A DNA stretch of 64,000 nucleotides, taken from an uncultured Verrucomicrobiae bacterium (GTDB taxonomy: Bacteria > Chlamydiota > Chlamydiia > Chlamydiales > Rhabdochlamydiaceae). Positions 10,003-23,681 of the stretch are shown here, in pieces; position 1 is the first letter of the stretch; each line of letters begins with the position of its first letter. Made by a program: the position numbers and the translations under genes. The notes beneath the pieces were generated by a model. The model did not search any database. It saw only the letters and a program-made list of their open reading frames with translations, and had not been told where the DNA came from. The DNA lies in the NCBI GenBank assembly GCA_963806855.1, contig CAWDYW010000001.1, forward strand, positions 1,088,001 to 1,152,000. Reading direction: 5' to 3'.

Positions 10003-10809
10003 ATGGTTACGGAAATTAAAGACGCTGTTTATTTTGCGCAGCCCCGGAGTCTCTCTGAGGATAATCCTGGGCTGGCTCAAACTGCAGATAAAGTGGCAAA
10101 CTTGCCCAATGCAGCTCATGTGGCAGTCGATTATATTCAGCAGCCTGAGGGGCTACGCGAGCTCGTAGTCGAGCCGATCGTCTATTCTTTGCGCTGGGCG
10201 GAAATTGCAGTCACCGAACTTGGTGAGCTTGTCAAAGGGCCCCAAAAGTTATTTGAAAGCGCCGGCCACTTCCTCCTGTGGGCGGAACTTCCTACCCAGC
10301 TTCTGAAATTGGGGCGAACAGTCGTCAAGTTCGGCGAGAGCCTTGCGAATAAAGCCTTTGTGCAAGCTGCCGATAAGGCTGCAAAAATCTATGTCAATAC
10401 GACTTTCTTGACTGGGCTTGTCGCCGATGCTGTTGAGGTTCTCTATCATGAACATCTCATCACCCTTTCTACGGCAGCTTTGACAGCGGTGCAAACTTTG
10501 GGATTTCTGGGAAATATCGCGCTTCTCATCAATGCGATACGGGGAATTAAAAAACAAACCATTAAACTCATGGAGAGTGAGCCTTGGACACCCCCATTTA
10601 ACCTGGCATTGATCCGATTGAGCGCAAAGGTCTGTCTCGCAGTTGTCGCCATTTTCTCTATGGCGGCCTTCTTCGTTACGATCGTCTACTTCACCTATAT
10701 CATCTTGATCTTTTCAAGTATTTTATTGATTTTGACCCTGGTCGCCCACTTTTATGAGAAGACCCGCGTCCCCGATAAAGTGAAGGATCAGGCTCAGACT
10801 ATAACATAG
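10003..10809 (+). CDS. Hypothetical membrane protein (Inc-like bilobed hydrophobic C-terminus)
   Basis: Paralog of 10952-11677 (DYIQxPxG, GLxADAV, FLGNIAL, EPWTPPFNLALI, AHFYEK). Confidence 0.8.
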   Translation: MVTEIKDAVYFAQPRSLSEDNPGLAQTADKVANLPNAAHVAVDYIQQPEGLRELVVEPIVYSLRWAEIAVTELGELVKGPQKLFESAGHFLLWAELPTQLLKLGRTVVKFGESLANKAFVQAADKAAKIYVNTTFLTGLVADAVEVLYHEHLITLSTAALTAVQTLGFLGNIALLINAIRGIKKQTIKLMESEPWTPPFNLALIRLSAKVCLAVVAIFSMAAFFVTIVYFTYIILIFSSILLILTLVAHFYEKTRVPDKVKDQAQTIT

Positions 10810-10815
10810 TTTTTC

Positions 10816-10891
10816 AACGCAAAGACGCGAAGGCGCAAAGACGCAAAAAATTATCTTTTATTGCGTCTTTGCGCCTTCGCGTCTTTGCGTT
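10816..10891. repeat. Palindromic element family B (CGCAAAGA subunits), copy 1
   Basis: Perfect 31-bp inverted repeat AACGCAAAGACGCGAAGGCGCAAAGACGCAA with a 14-nt A/T-rich loop. Confidence 0.9.
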
Positions 10892-10951
10892 TAAATTATT
10901 TTAATTATTCTAAGTTAATTGCTAATAAACTATAATAATAGTGGTGTTATT

Positions 10952-11677
10952 ATGGTTGATAGAATTAACTCAGAACAAAGTCCATCCGCTTTTGCGGTTG
11001 CCAAAGACTATATCCAGACTCCGACCGGTATCCAAAATATGGTTATCCGACCGGCTGTTCATGGGTTGAAGCTAACGCAATTGGCAGTGAGTGCTCTGGC
11101 CTCAACTGTCAACGGTCCTAGGGAACTCCTTAGACTGGGGGATCACCTTTTGTATTGGGTGGCTTATCCAGACCGTCTAAGAAGTTTTGATCGATCTGTA
11201 AAGAAACTAGTTAATTCGTTCCAAAATGGCTCGGTTGTCAAAGTCGCCAGTAAAATCAGCAAGTTCTATATTCAAACTTTACTGGTCATTGGCCTCATCG
11301 CCGATGCGGTCAAAAATTTGTGCGTGAGGGAGATCATTTCACTGTCAGCTTCTGCTTCCTTGGTGATTGCTCAAATCAGTTTTCTTGGGAACATCGCCTT
11401 AGCTTTGCTTTCCATGCACCAAATAAAAAAACAAGTAAAAAAATTGATCAAACATGAGCCCTGGACACCCCCATTCAACTTGGCACTGATCAATTTGGCT
11501 GGAAGGGTTTTATTGGCAGCAATCGCAGTGTTTGCAATCTTGGCAGTTTTCAATGCTACGCTCATTTCGCCATGGCTTATTTTAGGTGCCGGAGTGGGGC
11601 TGATGATCTGCTCTATCACTGCCCATTTTTACGAAAAAATTCACATTCCGCCTCCGCCGAAAACTGTTGCTCTTTAG
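10952..11677 (+). CDS. Hypothetical membrane protein, paralog of 10003-10809
   Basis: Shared motifs as above; ATG 10952 preferred over TTG 10919 by alignment to the paralog start. Confidence 0.8.
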   Translation: MVDRINSEQSPSAFAVAKDYIQTPTGIQNMVIRPAVHGLKLTQLAVSALASTVNGPRELLRLGDHLLYWVAYPDRLRSFDRSVKKLVNSFQNGSVVKVASKISKFYIQTLLVIGLIADAVKNLCVREIISLSASASLVIAQISFLGNIALALLSMHQIKKQVKKLIKHEPWTPPFNLALINLAGRVLLAAIAVFAILAVFNATLISPWLILGAGVGLMICSITAHFYEKIHIPPPPKTVAL

Positions 11678-11704
11678 CCCTCCAAAAGTGTATAATTTGA
11701 TGCT

Positions 11705-12019
11705 ATGGCGGCTAAAAATCCAACAGCGATAACGAGCAAAAATCTAAAGCAGCTTTTACCCTCGATTTTGCGTGATATTGGACGCTCTCATCAGCTGCGT
11801 CCAGACCTCATTTTAGCTGCTTGGCCGGCGCTGATTGGCGAGCGGCTAGCCCCAATGACACAAGCGGTATCACTTGAAGAGGGGGTCTTGACTGTGAAAG
11901 TGAAAAACTCTTCTCTTTTGAGTTTATTGGCGCAGCACGAAAGTTCCCGATTAATAAAAGAATTGCGAAAAAAATTTCCAAATGCAAACATTCGGAATAT
12001 CCGATTTTGTATCGGGTAG
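11705..12019 (+). CDS. DciA/DUF721 family protein
   Basis: AWPALIGERLAPMTQAVSLEEGVLTVKVKNSS; directly upstream of gyrB. Confidence 0.85.
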   Translation: MAAKNPTAITSKNLKQLLPSILRDIGRSHQLRPDLILAAWPALIGERLAPMTQAVSLEEGVLTVKVKNSSLLSLLAQHESSRLIKELRKKFPNANIRNIRFCIG

Positions 12020-12035
12020 AATCAAAGGTTTTTAA

Positions 12036-14525
<2,490 letters not shown>

Positions 14526-14540
14526 AGAGAAAATAAACCT

Positions 14541-16993
<2,453 letters not shown>

Positions 16994-16994
16994 A

Positions 16995-17161
16995 ACTCGA
17001 CTTTGTACAATTTTCGGTGCACAGATCTAGAGGAAGCGCTCTGCAAATTTTAATTTTCTTCGCGAAATTCATAGCCGGAGGTCTCTATTAATGAGCGAAG
17101 AAAGTAAAAATTTGCCAGCGAGTTCCTCGGAGATGTCACCAAAAATTGTACAAAGTCGAGT
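16995..17161. mobile_element. 167-bp palindromic element (family C) inserted at the tmk start
   Basis: Perfect 20-bp terminal IR ACTCGACTTTGTACAATTTT / AAAATTGTACAAAGTCGAGT with imperfect pairing continuing for about 70 bp. Confidence 0.85.
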
Positions 17162-17792
17162 AAAAGGATATTTCATCACGTTTGAAGGGGGAGATGGCGC
17201 TGGAAAGTCCTCCCTCATCATCAGCCTCCATGCCGCCCTAATCGATCGGGGTTATGACGTCATGCAGACCCGCGCTCCCGGCGGCACCGAGCCTGGCAAA
17301 GTGATCCGCAATCTCCTCCTCCATCCGCATGAGCCCGTTGTCCCTGAGGCCGAGCTCTTCCTCTATCTAGCCGACCGGGCCCAACATGTCGCTAAAGTGA
17401 TCCGCCCTGCGCTGGCCCAAGGAAAAGTAGTCCTCTGCGATCGCTACAACGACTCGACCGTCGCCTACCAAGGGGGAGCCCGCGGTTTTGGCCTAGACAA
17501 AGTCGAAGCCCTCTGTGATTTTGCAACAGGTCATTTAGTCCCCAATTTGACCATCTATCTAGATCTCGATCCAGCAATCGGCATGGAGCGGATAAAAAAA
17601 GCGCAGGAGTCCAAAGACCAAATCGAAGCTGAAGATCTCTCATTCCACCGCAAAATCCGTGAGACCTTCCGTCAGATCGGCAAAAAACATCCCGAGCGCT
17701 TTAAGGTTATCGATGCAACAGCACCGAAAGAAGCGGTCTTTGAACAGGCCCTAAGGTTAATCGATGCCCACTGCTTCGCTTCCCACACTTAA
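17091..17792 (+). CDS. tmk: Thymidylate kinase, with an element-derived 24-aa N-terminal extension
   Basis: FITFEGGDGAGKS, ELFLYLADRAQHV, VLCDRYNDSTVAYQG. Confidence 0.95.
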   Translation: MSEESKNLPASSSEMSPKIVQSRVKGYFITFEGGDGAGKSSLIISLHAALIDRGYDVMQTRAPGGTEPGKVIRNLLLHPHEPVVPEAELFLYLADRAQHVAKVIRPALAQGKVVLCDRYNDSTVAYQGGARGFGLDKVEALCDFATGHLVPNLTIYLDLDPAIGMERIKKAQESKDQIEAEDLSFHRKIRETFRQIGKKHPERFKVIDATAPKEAVFEQALRLIDAHCFASHT

Positions 17793-18453
17793 ACAAATTC
17801 CCAATTCCATCCTCTTGAGTGGAGCCTCGACGGAAAATGCCCTCGACCTTGCCCGGCAGATCCTCGGCCCTTCTCCCAAAATCGCCACTGGCAACCACCC
17901 CGACCTCCACGTTTATGCTCCCGAAGGCAAAAGCGACCTCCATCCTATTGCGAGCATCCACCAAATAATCAGCGAAATGGCCCTGCCCCCCTTCGAGGCC
18001 AAAAACAAAGTCTTTGTGATCGAGGATGCTGAAAAAATGCTCCCGTCTGGAAGCAACGCCCTCCTTAAAACCCTGGAAGAGCCCAATGAGGACACCTATT
18101 TCCTCTTGATGACCCACCATCCTGACCGACTCCTCCCCACCATCCTCTCGAGACTTTTCCCGCTCCAATTCAATTCCACCGCATTGCCATCGACAGATTT
18201 CAGCCCCTATATTGCACTCGCAAGCCAAGGAGAGTGGGATAAATTGTTAGATGAGGTGCCCGAAGAGTGCCCCGAAGACTTCATGAAGTCGTGTTTGCAG
18301 TGGGCCGCGCAGCAGAAGAACCCTGCCTATTTCCTCAAAGTGTCAGGCTATGTTGAAGAAGCCGAGAAAGCGCTCCAGCACAACCTCAAGCCTCGAACAG
18401 TCTTTTTGAATTTACTTTTACAAATGGAAAGTTTTCATGGCAAATGGGATTAA
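17764..18453 (+). CDS. holB: DNA polymerase III delta-prime subunit (short chlamydial form)
   Basis: NHPDL, KVFVIEDAEKM, NALLKTLEEP, LLPTILSR; downstream of tmk. Confidence 0.9.
   Translation: MPTASLPTLKQIPNSILLSGASTENALDLARQILGPSPKIATGNHPDLHVYAPEGKSDLHPIASIHQIISEMALPPFEAKNKVFVIEDAEKMLPSGSNALLKTLEEPNEDTYFLLMTHHPDRLLPTILSRLFPLQFNSTALPSTDFSPYIALASQGEWDKLLDEVPEECPEDFMKSCLQWAAQQKNPAYFLKVSGYVEEAEKALQHNLKPRTVFLNLLLQMESFHGKWD
18292..18429 (+). repeat. Direct repeat copy 1: 3' part of holB
   Basis: 138 bp, 16 mismatches, no gaps versus 19696-19833. Confidence 0.9.
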
Positions 18454-18700
18454 ATTCTCAGAAATTTCAGATGAGTGGAGGGATAGGCTCGGCACATGTG
18501 ATAGGTGCAAAGTGAAATTTGTCAACACCGATATTATCAAACTTCTCAGCTGTCAGCATATTTTCCATACTTATTGTTCATCTTGGAAGTGCAGCCTTTG
18601 CAATTCCTTGTCAGAAAAAAAAGTCATAACAACTCCTTCTGAAAGCTCATCAGTGATAGAGGATCTCTACAAAATGCACTTTCAGGGATTCTATTTTTGA
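18437..18700 (+). CDS. Small RING-H2 zinc-finger protein (eukaryote-like)
   Basis: C-x2-C-x14-C-x-H-x2-H-x2-C-x4-C-x2-C: CDRC...SCQHIFHTYCSSWKCSLC. Confidence 0.75.
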   Translation: MANGIKFSEISDEWRDRLGTCDRCKVKFVNTDIIKLLSCQHIFHTYCSSWKCSLCNSLSEKKVITTPSESSSVIEDLYKMHFQGFYF

Positions 18701-18795
18701 TGGAGCAATAATTATGTGCAATTTATTTGACATACCATAATTTGCAATTAACAATTGGTTTATGATAAAATATAAAGACCAGATTAAGAGGCTAT

Positions 18796-19695
18796 GTGAA
18801 AGTTCAAGGAGTTAATTTAGAAATTTCAAGAAATTGGGTTCAGGATTTTATTGAGCCTGACTCCATCCTGGTCAAAATTGCCCGAGTGGTGACATGGCCC
18901 TTGAGGCTCATCGCAACAATCTTTACCGAAATTGGCAGGCTTCTCCATCGACTTGTAATTTGGATTAGCGAGGGAGATTCTCCAGACATTCAATATGCAA
19001 AATTGATCCGAATGCATCAAAATTTGGATCCAAATCTCTTTTGCGAAGGCCAAAAGCAAAGGGGGAGAAATCGGTATTCGGATATCCTTCCCAATGAGCC
19101 GACCCGTGTTAAAATGGAGAATGACCCATCCTTTTATTTTAATGCTAATTGGGTGCTAGATAGACGAGCTATTGCTTGTCAGGGGCCTCTAAAGAGCGAA
19201 ATTGAAGAGTTTTGGAAAATGGTCTCCGATTCAGGTGTAGAGACTATTGTGATGCTCACCAACCCTATCGAAGGTCACCATGACAAATGCAGTGAATATT
19301 GGAAATCTAGGCCGTTTACCGAAAGAAAAATCTTTGAGAATGGCAATGAAGTGATTGTCGAAAGAAACATCAAGGTAAATGGTAAGACCATTGTCCAATA
19401 TCATTTGCAAAATTGGCCAGATCATCACACCGTCAGCCCAGAAACTTTAGCAGAGCTCGTGAAGTTAGCTTCAAATCGAAAGGAGAAACTTCTCGCCCAT
19501 TGTAGCGCGGGGATAGGACGTACGGGAACCTTTTTGGCAGTCTTAGAAGCCCATCTACAAAAAACAGGTGAAATCTTTTCCATCGCTGCCGATCTTCGAA
19601 ATCCTTACAAAGGTCGAGTGGGGATGATCCAAACGCTTCCGCAATATCATCTCGCCTTAAAAACAGCACAACGTCTTCGATCTTTAAATGAGTAA
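18796..19695 (+). CDS. Classical protein tyrosine phosphatase (eukaryote/YopH-like), paralog 1
   Basis: RNRY, FNANWV, IACQGP, FWKMV, WPD loop, HCSAGIGRTG, MIQTxxQY. Confidence 0.92.
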   Translation: MKVQGVNLEISRNWVQDFIEPDSILVKIARVVTWPLRLIATIFTEIGRLLHRLVIWISEGDSPDIQYAKLIRMHQNLDPNLFCEGQKQRGRNRYSDILPNEPTRVKMENDPSFYFNANWVLDRRAIACQGPLKSEIEEFWKMVSDSGVETIVMLTNPIEGHHDKCSEYWKSRPFTERKIFENGNEVIVERNIKVNGKTIVQYHLQNWPDHHTVSPETLAELVKLASNRKEKLLAHCSAGIGRTGTFLAVLEAHLQKTGEIFSIAADLRNPYKGRVGMIQTLPQYHLALKTAQRLRSLNE

Positions 19696-19833
19696 TGTTT
19701 GCAGTGGGCCGCGCAGCAGAAGAACGCGACCTACTTTCTGAAAGTTTCAGGCTATGTTGAAGAGGCTGAGAAAGCGCTCCAGCACAATCTAAAGGCCCGA
19801 ACAGTCTTTTTGAATTTACTTCTGCGAATGGAA
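19696..19833 (+). repeat. Direct repeat copy 2: displaced holB 3' end
   Basis: Starts immediately after the PTP stop; translates CLQWAAQQKNATYFLKVSGYVEEAEKALQHNLKARTVFLNLLLRME and continues to a stop (AISSCSFATASL*). Confidence 0.9.
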
Positions 19834-19947
19834 GCTATTTCTTCTTGTAGTTTTGCAACTGCCTCTCTTTAAAAAAATTGAAGAAATTCCTTCATTCTGT
19901 TAGTTTTGCAATGTCATCAATTATTTAACTAAAATAGGTAGTAATAA

Positions 19948-20847
19948 ATGTTCACTACAGCATTCAGCTGGGAAGTTTCCAGGCTGTTGCCGGCGCTCAA
20001 TAATGGCTTTAAGTATGAAAAGCCTAAGGCTAAATTGCCCTTAGCCAAAACCATGCCGGAAATGCCACTTGTGCAGACTGGAAACTATTGGGTGCCGAAG
20101 CAGATCATCACAATGATTTTTAGGCGATCACCTCCCGATGCGCTATTAAACATCGGATTGGTTTGCAAATTATGGTATCAGCTCTCCTCCTGCGATTCCC
20201 TATGGATGTCATACACTTTGAGAGAAGCATTCCCTCAGGCCACATTTATCGATAGAAATATCTGGGAAACCTATGTCGATGTAAAAAAGTATGGGTGGGA
20301 AATGGAAGAGAAAGGGCGCCCCTGTGTCACTAAATGGGACTATATTGAGCTAAAGGGGATGGAATCTCAGGTAGAAGGGGACTTAGGGTTGACTATTGTG
20401 ACCCTCTATAAAAAGCACAAATTAAAAGACCCCATCGACTTCGCTGAATCTGGCAAAGCGGGTAATTCAACTGCGGTTTCTTTTATCCAGCAGTCCATTA
20501 TTAAGAGGTTCGGGAACATGGAGGTGAAAGAGACGATTGTAGTGGCCGTGACGAACAATGTATTTAAAAACAGCAAAAAAAGAGGGAAGCTAAAATGTGA
20601 TAAGCCATCGCTATTGGCGACAATAGCAGTTGCACTCATGAGATTCAGAACATCTGATCCGGCAAACCCCACCCGATTATTTAGTGGTGGTCCACCGACT
20701 TATACGTGCCTTGAGGAAGAGATCGATGGGGCCAAACTGGTTTTTAGGGGCTTCGCCCATGGGGGCCCCGGCGTCTTCATTGACCGCGGCGACAAGGACT
20801 ACGGCCTGGCGGGTCAGTGGCAGTTCAAGGTCTGCCCAATAGTGTGA
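19948..20847 (+). CDS. F-box protein, paralog 4 (more divergent)
   Basis: LPLAKT, PKQIITMIFRRSPPDALLNIGLVCKLWY, SDPANPTRLF, GFAHGGP...GLAGQWQF. Confidence 0.85.
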   Translation: MFTTAFSWEVSRLLPALNNGFKYEKPKAKLPLAKTMPEMPLVQTGNYWVPKQIITMIFRRSPPDALLNIGLVCKLWYQLSSCDSLWMSYTLREAFPQATFIDRNIWETYVDVKKYGWEMEEKGRPCVTKWDYIELKGMESQVEGDLGLTIVTLYKKHKLKDPIDFAESGKAGNSTAVSFIQQSIIKRFGNMEVKETIVVAVTNNVFKNSKKRGKLKCDKPSLLATIAVALMRFRTSDPANPTRLFSGGPPTYTCLEEEIDGAKLVFRGFAHGGPGVFIDRGDKDYGLAGQWQFKVCPIV

Positions 20848-20909
20848 ATTTGGATCCCCGCGAAAGCTCTCGCGGTTCAAATTCACACTTTTGGGCGGGG
20901 CGGGGTATA
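20834..20909. mobile_element. Miniature inverted-repeat element family A, copy 2 (inverted relative to copy 1)
   Basis: AGTGTGAATTTGGA...TTCAAATTCACACTTTTGGGCGGGGCGGGGTATA; core is the reverse complement of the core at 4106-4126. Confidence 0.8.
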
Positions 20910-21170
20910 TTTCTTGCTTGCGATTCCGAAGATCCTTTTCCCAATTGTGCCACCTAGGAACCTATTGAAGACGACGAAATAGGCGATCACAAGGGCGAAT
21001 AAGAGGAATGCTGATCCGCCAGTCAGATTAAAACCCTCTTTGGTTGTCTCGCCAGTAAATTTGGCGATGATCCATCCAAAAAGAATAAAACTTCCAAAGA
21101 GGTCCAGAAGAAAAGCCAGAACTCTTTTCCACATTGGTCCTTTATCATCGGTGGGTGTTGCTTCTGCCAT
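20883..21170 (-). CDS. RDD family membrane protein, short (possibly truncated)
   Basis: WKRVLAFLLDL...GGTIGKRIFGI; last codons lie inside the family A element. Confidence 0.8.
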   Translation of the reverse strand: MAEATPTDDKGPMWKRVLAFLLDLFGSFILFGWIIAKFTGETTKEGFNLTGGSAFLLFALVIAYFVVFNRFLGGTIGKRIFGIASKKYTPPRPKV

Positions 21171-21270
21171 ACAGGTAACTCCTTTGTGATTTATTCAAAT
21201 AACTAATTTCGAATTAGGATGCCATGGAAAAATCGCTCCCTATTGCCGATTTTGGCATAATTGATGTATA

Positions 21271-22038
21271 ATGCTTGGCATGGAAATAAGAAAGTCTCCA
21301 TTAACTGAGTTATCAGAGGATCAATACCCAAAGATTCTGAAACAGAGTGAGAACCTCGATCCCCAACTATTTCTCAAAGCTCGAGAATGTATGGCTCGCA
21401 ATCGGTATCCTAATGTATTGCCTAATGAGCCGACCCGTTTTACGATTGAGAATGAGGAAAATTTTTATTTCAATGCCAATTGGGTATTAGGTGGCCGGGC
21501 GATCGCCTGTCAGGGGCCCAAGTCAGATGAAATCGATCATTTTTGGAAGATGGTTTGGCATGCCGATGTCCGGACGGTTGTGATGCTGACGAACCGGGTT
21601 GAGAACCGGAAAGATAAATGCAGCCATTACTGGAAACTTCTCCCATGTAAAGAAGAAAAAGTCTTTGAAAAAGGGACTGAGATCATCGTTAAACGGGAAA
21701 TCGAATTGACGCAAGGGCTTGAGACAAGAACGATCGTCCAATATCACCTGCAAAATTGGCCCGATTTCGGCGTGGTTGCTCCAGAGACCTTAGCAAAATT
21801 GGTGGAGCTAGTTACCCAACATGATGGCAAATTCCTCGCCCACTGCAGCGCAGGACTTGGCCGAAGCGGTGCATTCCTCGCCGCCTATGAAGCTTTTCGG
21901 CAAGAGACATCAGATATTGTTGAAATCGTCTCCGATCTTCGCAATCCTCACACCGGTCGAGTTGGGATGATCCAAACGGTTGCGCAATATCATCTCGCCT
22001 TAAAAACAGCGAAATTGCTGGTTCCAGATTTACAGTGA
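21271..22038 (+). CDS. Classical protein tyrosine phosphatase, paralog 2
   Basis: RNRYPNVLP, FNANWV, IACQGP, WPDFGV, HCSAGLGRSG, MIQTVAQY. Confidence 0.92.
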   Translation: MLGMEIRKSPLTELSEDQYPKILKQSENLDPQLFLKARECMARNRYPNVLPNEPTRFTIENEENFYFNANWVLGGRAIACQGPKSDEIDHFWKMVWHADVRTVVMLTNRVENRKDKCSHYWKLLPCKEEKVFEKGTEIIVKREIELTQGLETRTIVQYHLQNWPDFGVVAPETLAKLVELVTQHDGKFLAHCSAGLGRSGAFLAAYEAFRQETSDIVEIVSDLRNPHTGRVGMIQTVAQYHLALKTAKLLVPDLQ

Positions 22039-22638
22039 GAGAATTGCGCGAAGTCCTTCTTCTACAATCGTGCGGCGCGCTTTTGATGGAATTTTTTTGA
22101 TCATTTCGAAAGCCTTTTTCACATTGAAAGAGGGATCGATTTCAACTTCTGGTAGGGCTTGAAACCAAAGCGACTTTGCAGGTTTTAAGTACAAGACATC
22201 CAAAAGAGCTTTTTCTGGAGTCGCCATTTTCACTTGTGTTTTCAAATCAAGCTCATAATCGAAAAAAAATTCAGGGGCGATATGATGGACAGAAATAGTT
22301 GCCAAAGGTGTTTTAAATAGGCGAGTGCGGGCAAGAGAGACGACCGTAATATTGCGCGGAATTTGATCGATCATCCCATGATGATAAAGAGCAGTCTGCA
22401 ATGAAATATAGCCGGGAAATGGAGCGACTAAGTAATCAGGAAGCACTAAGGGGTTGACTCGCAGGTCAATCACCCACAGACCCTTTGATAGACAGATGAC
22501 ATGCTTTGCCAATGCCAATCGTCTCAATACTTGACTTGCATATTCGTTGCTAATGCCCAATGTAATGGCGATATCTCTGATTTCCATCACGGGGACGCCA
22601 ATATTTTGAAGGGTTCTTAAGGCGGATAATAAATTCAC
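22030..22638 (-). CDS. abiEi: Type IV TA antitoxin, AbiEi family
   Basis: N-terminal wHTH, KGLW, YISLQTALYHHGMIDQIP, ATPEKALLDVLY; GTG 22638 overlaps the toxin stop (GTGA); ORF track start 22686. Confidence 0.88.
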   Translation of the reverse strand: MNLLSALRTLQNIGVPVMEIRDIAITLGISNEYASQVLRRLALAKHVICLSKGLWVIDLRVNPLVLPDYLVAPFPGYISLQTALYHHGMIDQIPRNITVVSLARTRLFKTPLATISVHHIAPEFFFDYELDLKTQVKMATPEKALLDVLYLKPAKSLWFQALPEVEIDPSFNVKKAFEMIKKIPSKARRTIVEEGLRAILSL

Positions 22639-23375
22639 CTCAGGCCCTCCAAATAATCGATCACACTTAATTGAATCATATTCCAAGTATCATGATTATA
22701 TTGCTCTTGAAGATCTGTGGGGAAAAAGGCCAATACCTGATCTTTAAACTCACCAAAACTAATATTGCATGTATTTTCACAGGCCTTTGTTAAATATTCA
22801 CCATCCCCTTCTTTTATCCCATAGGCATTGATCAAATGAAAAAGATCCCAAATATCACGAGCCTGAGTTTCGGTTCTGGATGCTAAAGCCCTTATTTTCT
22901 GTTTAAAAGCGATTGTAGGGCTATAATGGGGCACAAAAATAGGATGCAATCGATAGGTGCTTAAAACAGCTATATTGATAGATTCAAATTCTACAGCTTC
23001 TTCAAGTCCTCTCCTTGAGCACTCAATTTTTGTGGGGAAAATTGTATCGTTTTCCGTTCTCAATTGAACCTTCCACCGCTGTGTGGTCTCAATTTGTTTC
23101 GGTTCTGATACTTGGGAGATATCAAGCGAATGAGTTCTTAGCATCATTTCCAATGCCGGAGACTTCAGAATCTGGTTTACGGTTTTTTGCAAAGTCGTCA
23201 TCAGAATGGTTTTTACATCCAGGTCGATATCCTGTGAATATCGAATGCTCCCTAAAAAAAACCGCAGGTTGCAGCCGCCTTTCAAGGCATATAACCGTTT
23301 GTCCAACTTTCGTCCCAATTGGTCTAAGAAGCAGAGGTGAAAAAATTCAACGCATTGGACAGGATCGTATTTCAT
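22635..23375 (-). CDS. abiEii: Type IV TA toxin, AbiEii nucleotidyltransferase
   Basis: YALKGGCNLRFF...RYSQDIDL, QKIRAL, QARDIWDL; ATG 23375 preferred because TTG 23411 is the -35 box. Confidence 0.9.
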   Translation of the reverse strand: MKYDPVQCVEFFHLCFLDQLGRKLDKRLYALKGGCNLRFFLGSIRYSQDIDLDVKTILMTTLQKTVNQILKSPALEMMLRTHSLDISQVSEPKQIETTQRWKVQLRTENDTIFPTKIECSRRGLEEAVEFESINIAVLSTYRLHPIFVPHYSPTIAFKQKIRALASRTETQARDIWDLFHLINAYGIKEGDGEYLTKACENTCNISFGEFKDQVLAFFPTDLQEQYNHDTWNMIQLSVIDYLEGLR

Positions 23376-23430
23376 AATTTCATAATACGTGAATCCAGAC
23401 TCTAATGTCAAGATCTCGTATTATGAAATT
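23376..23430 (-). promoter_or_regulatory. AbiE promoter (TTGACA-18-TATTAT) with flanking 14-bp inverted repeat (probable operator)
   Basis: Minus-strand TTGACA at 23411-23406 and TATTAT at 23387-23382; AATTTCATAATACG (23376-23389) / CGTATTATGAAATT (23417-23430). Confidence 0.75.
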
Positions 23431-23621
23431 GACTAAGATACTCATATTTAGTTTGATAGATCTATGAATGATCGAGATTCAGTTTCATCGTTCAGATCCT
23501 TGTGCTTTGCTGTGACCATTGGGGATTTTTCACGAGTTCTGCACTGATCTGGGCAATGTTCTCAAAATAAAGGAGATAGACAGAAGCGGTCATCTTTTAA
23601 ATAACTAATAACAAGCAGAAA

Positions 23622-23650
23622 TTGACTTAAATTGATTTTAATAGTATAAT
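23622..23650 (+). promoter_or_regulatory. Sigma66/70-type promoter of F-box/LRR gene
   Basis: TTGACT-17 bp-TATAAT followed by GAGG RBS. Confidence 0.7.
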
Positions 23651-23681
23651 TTTATTAAGCAAATAATTAACGAGGAATAAA

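Noticed and set aside
10816..10891. Family B repeats as CRISPR repeats or tRNA
   Set aside because: Single hairpins without spacers or a cloverleaf
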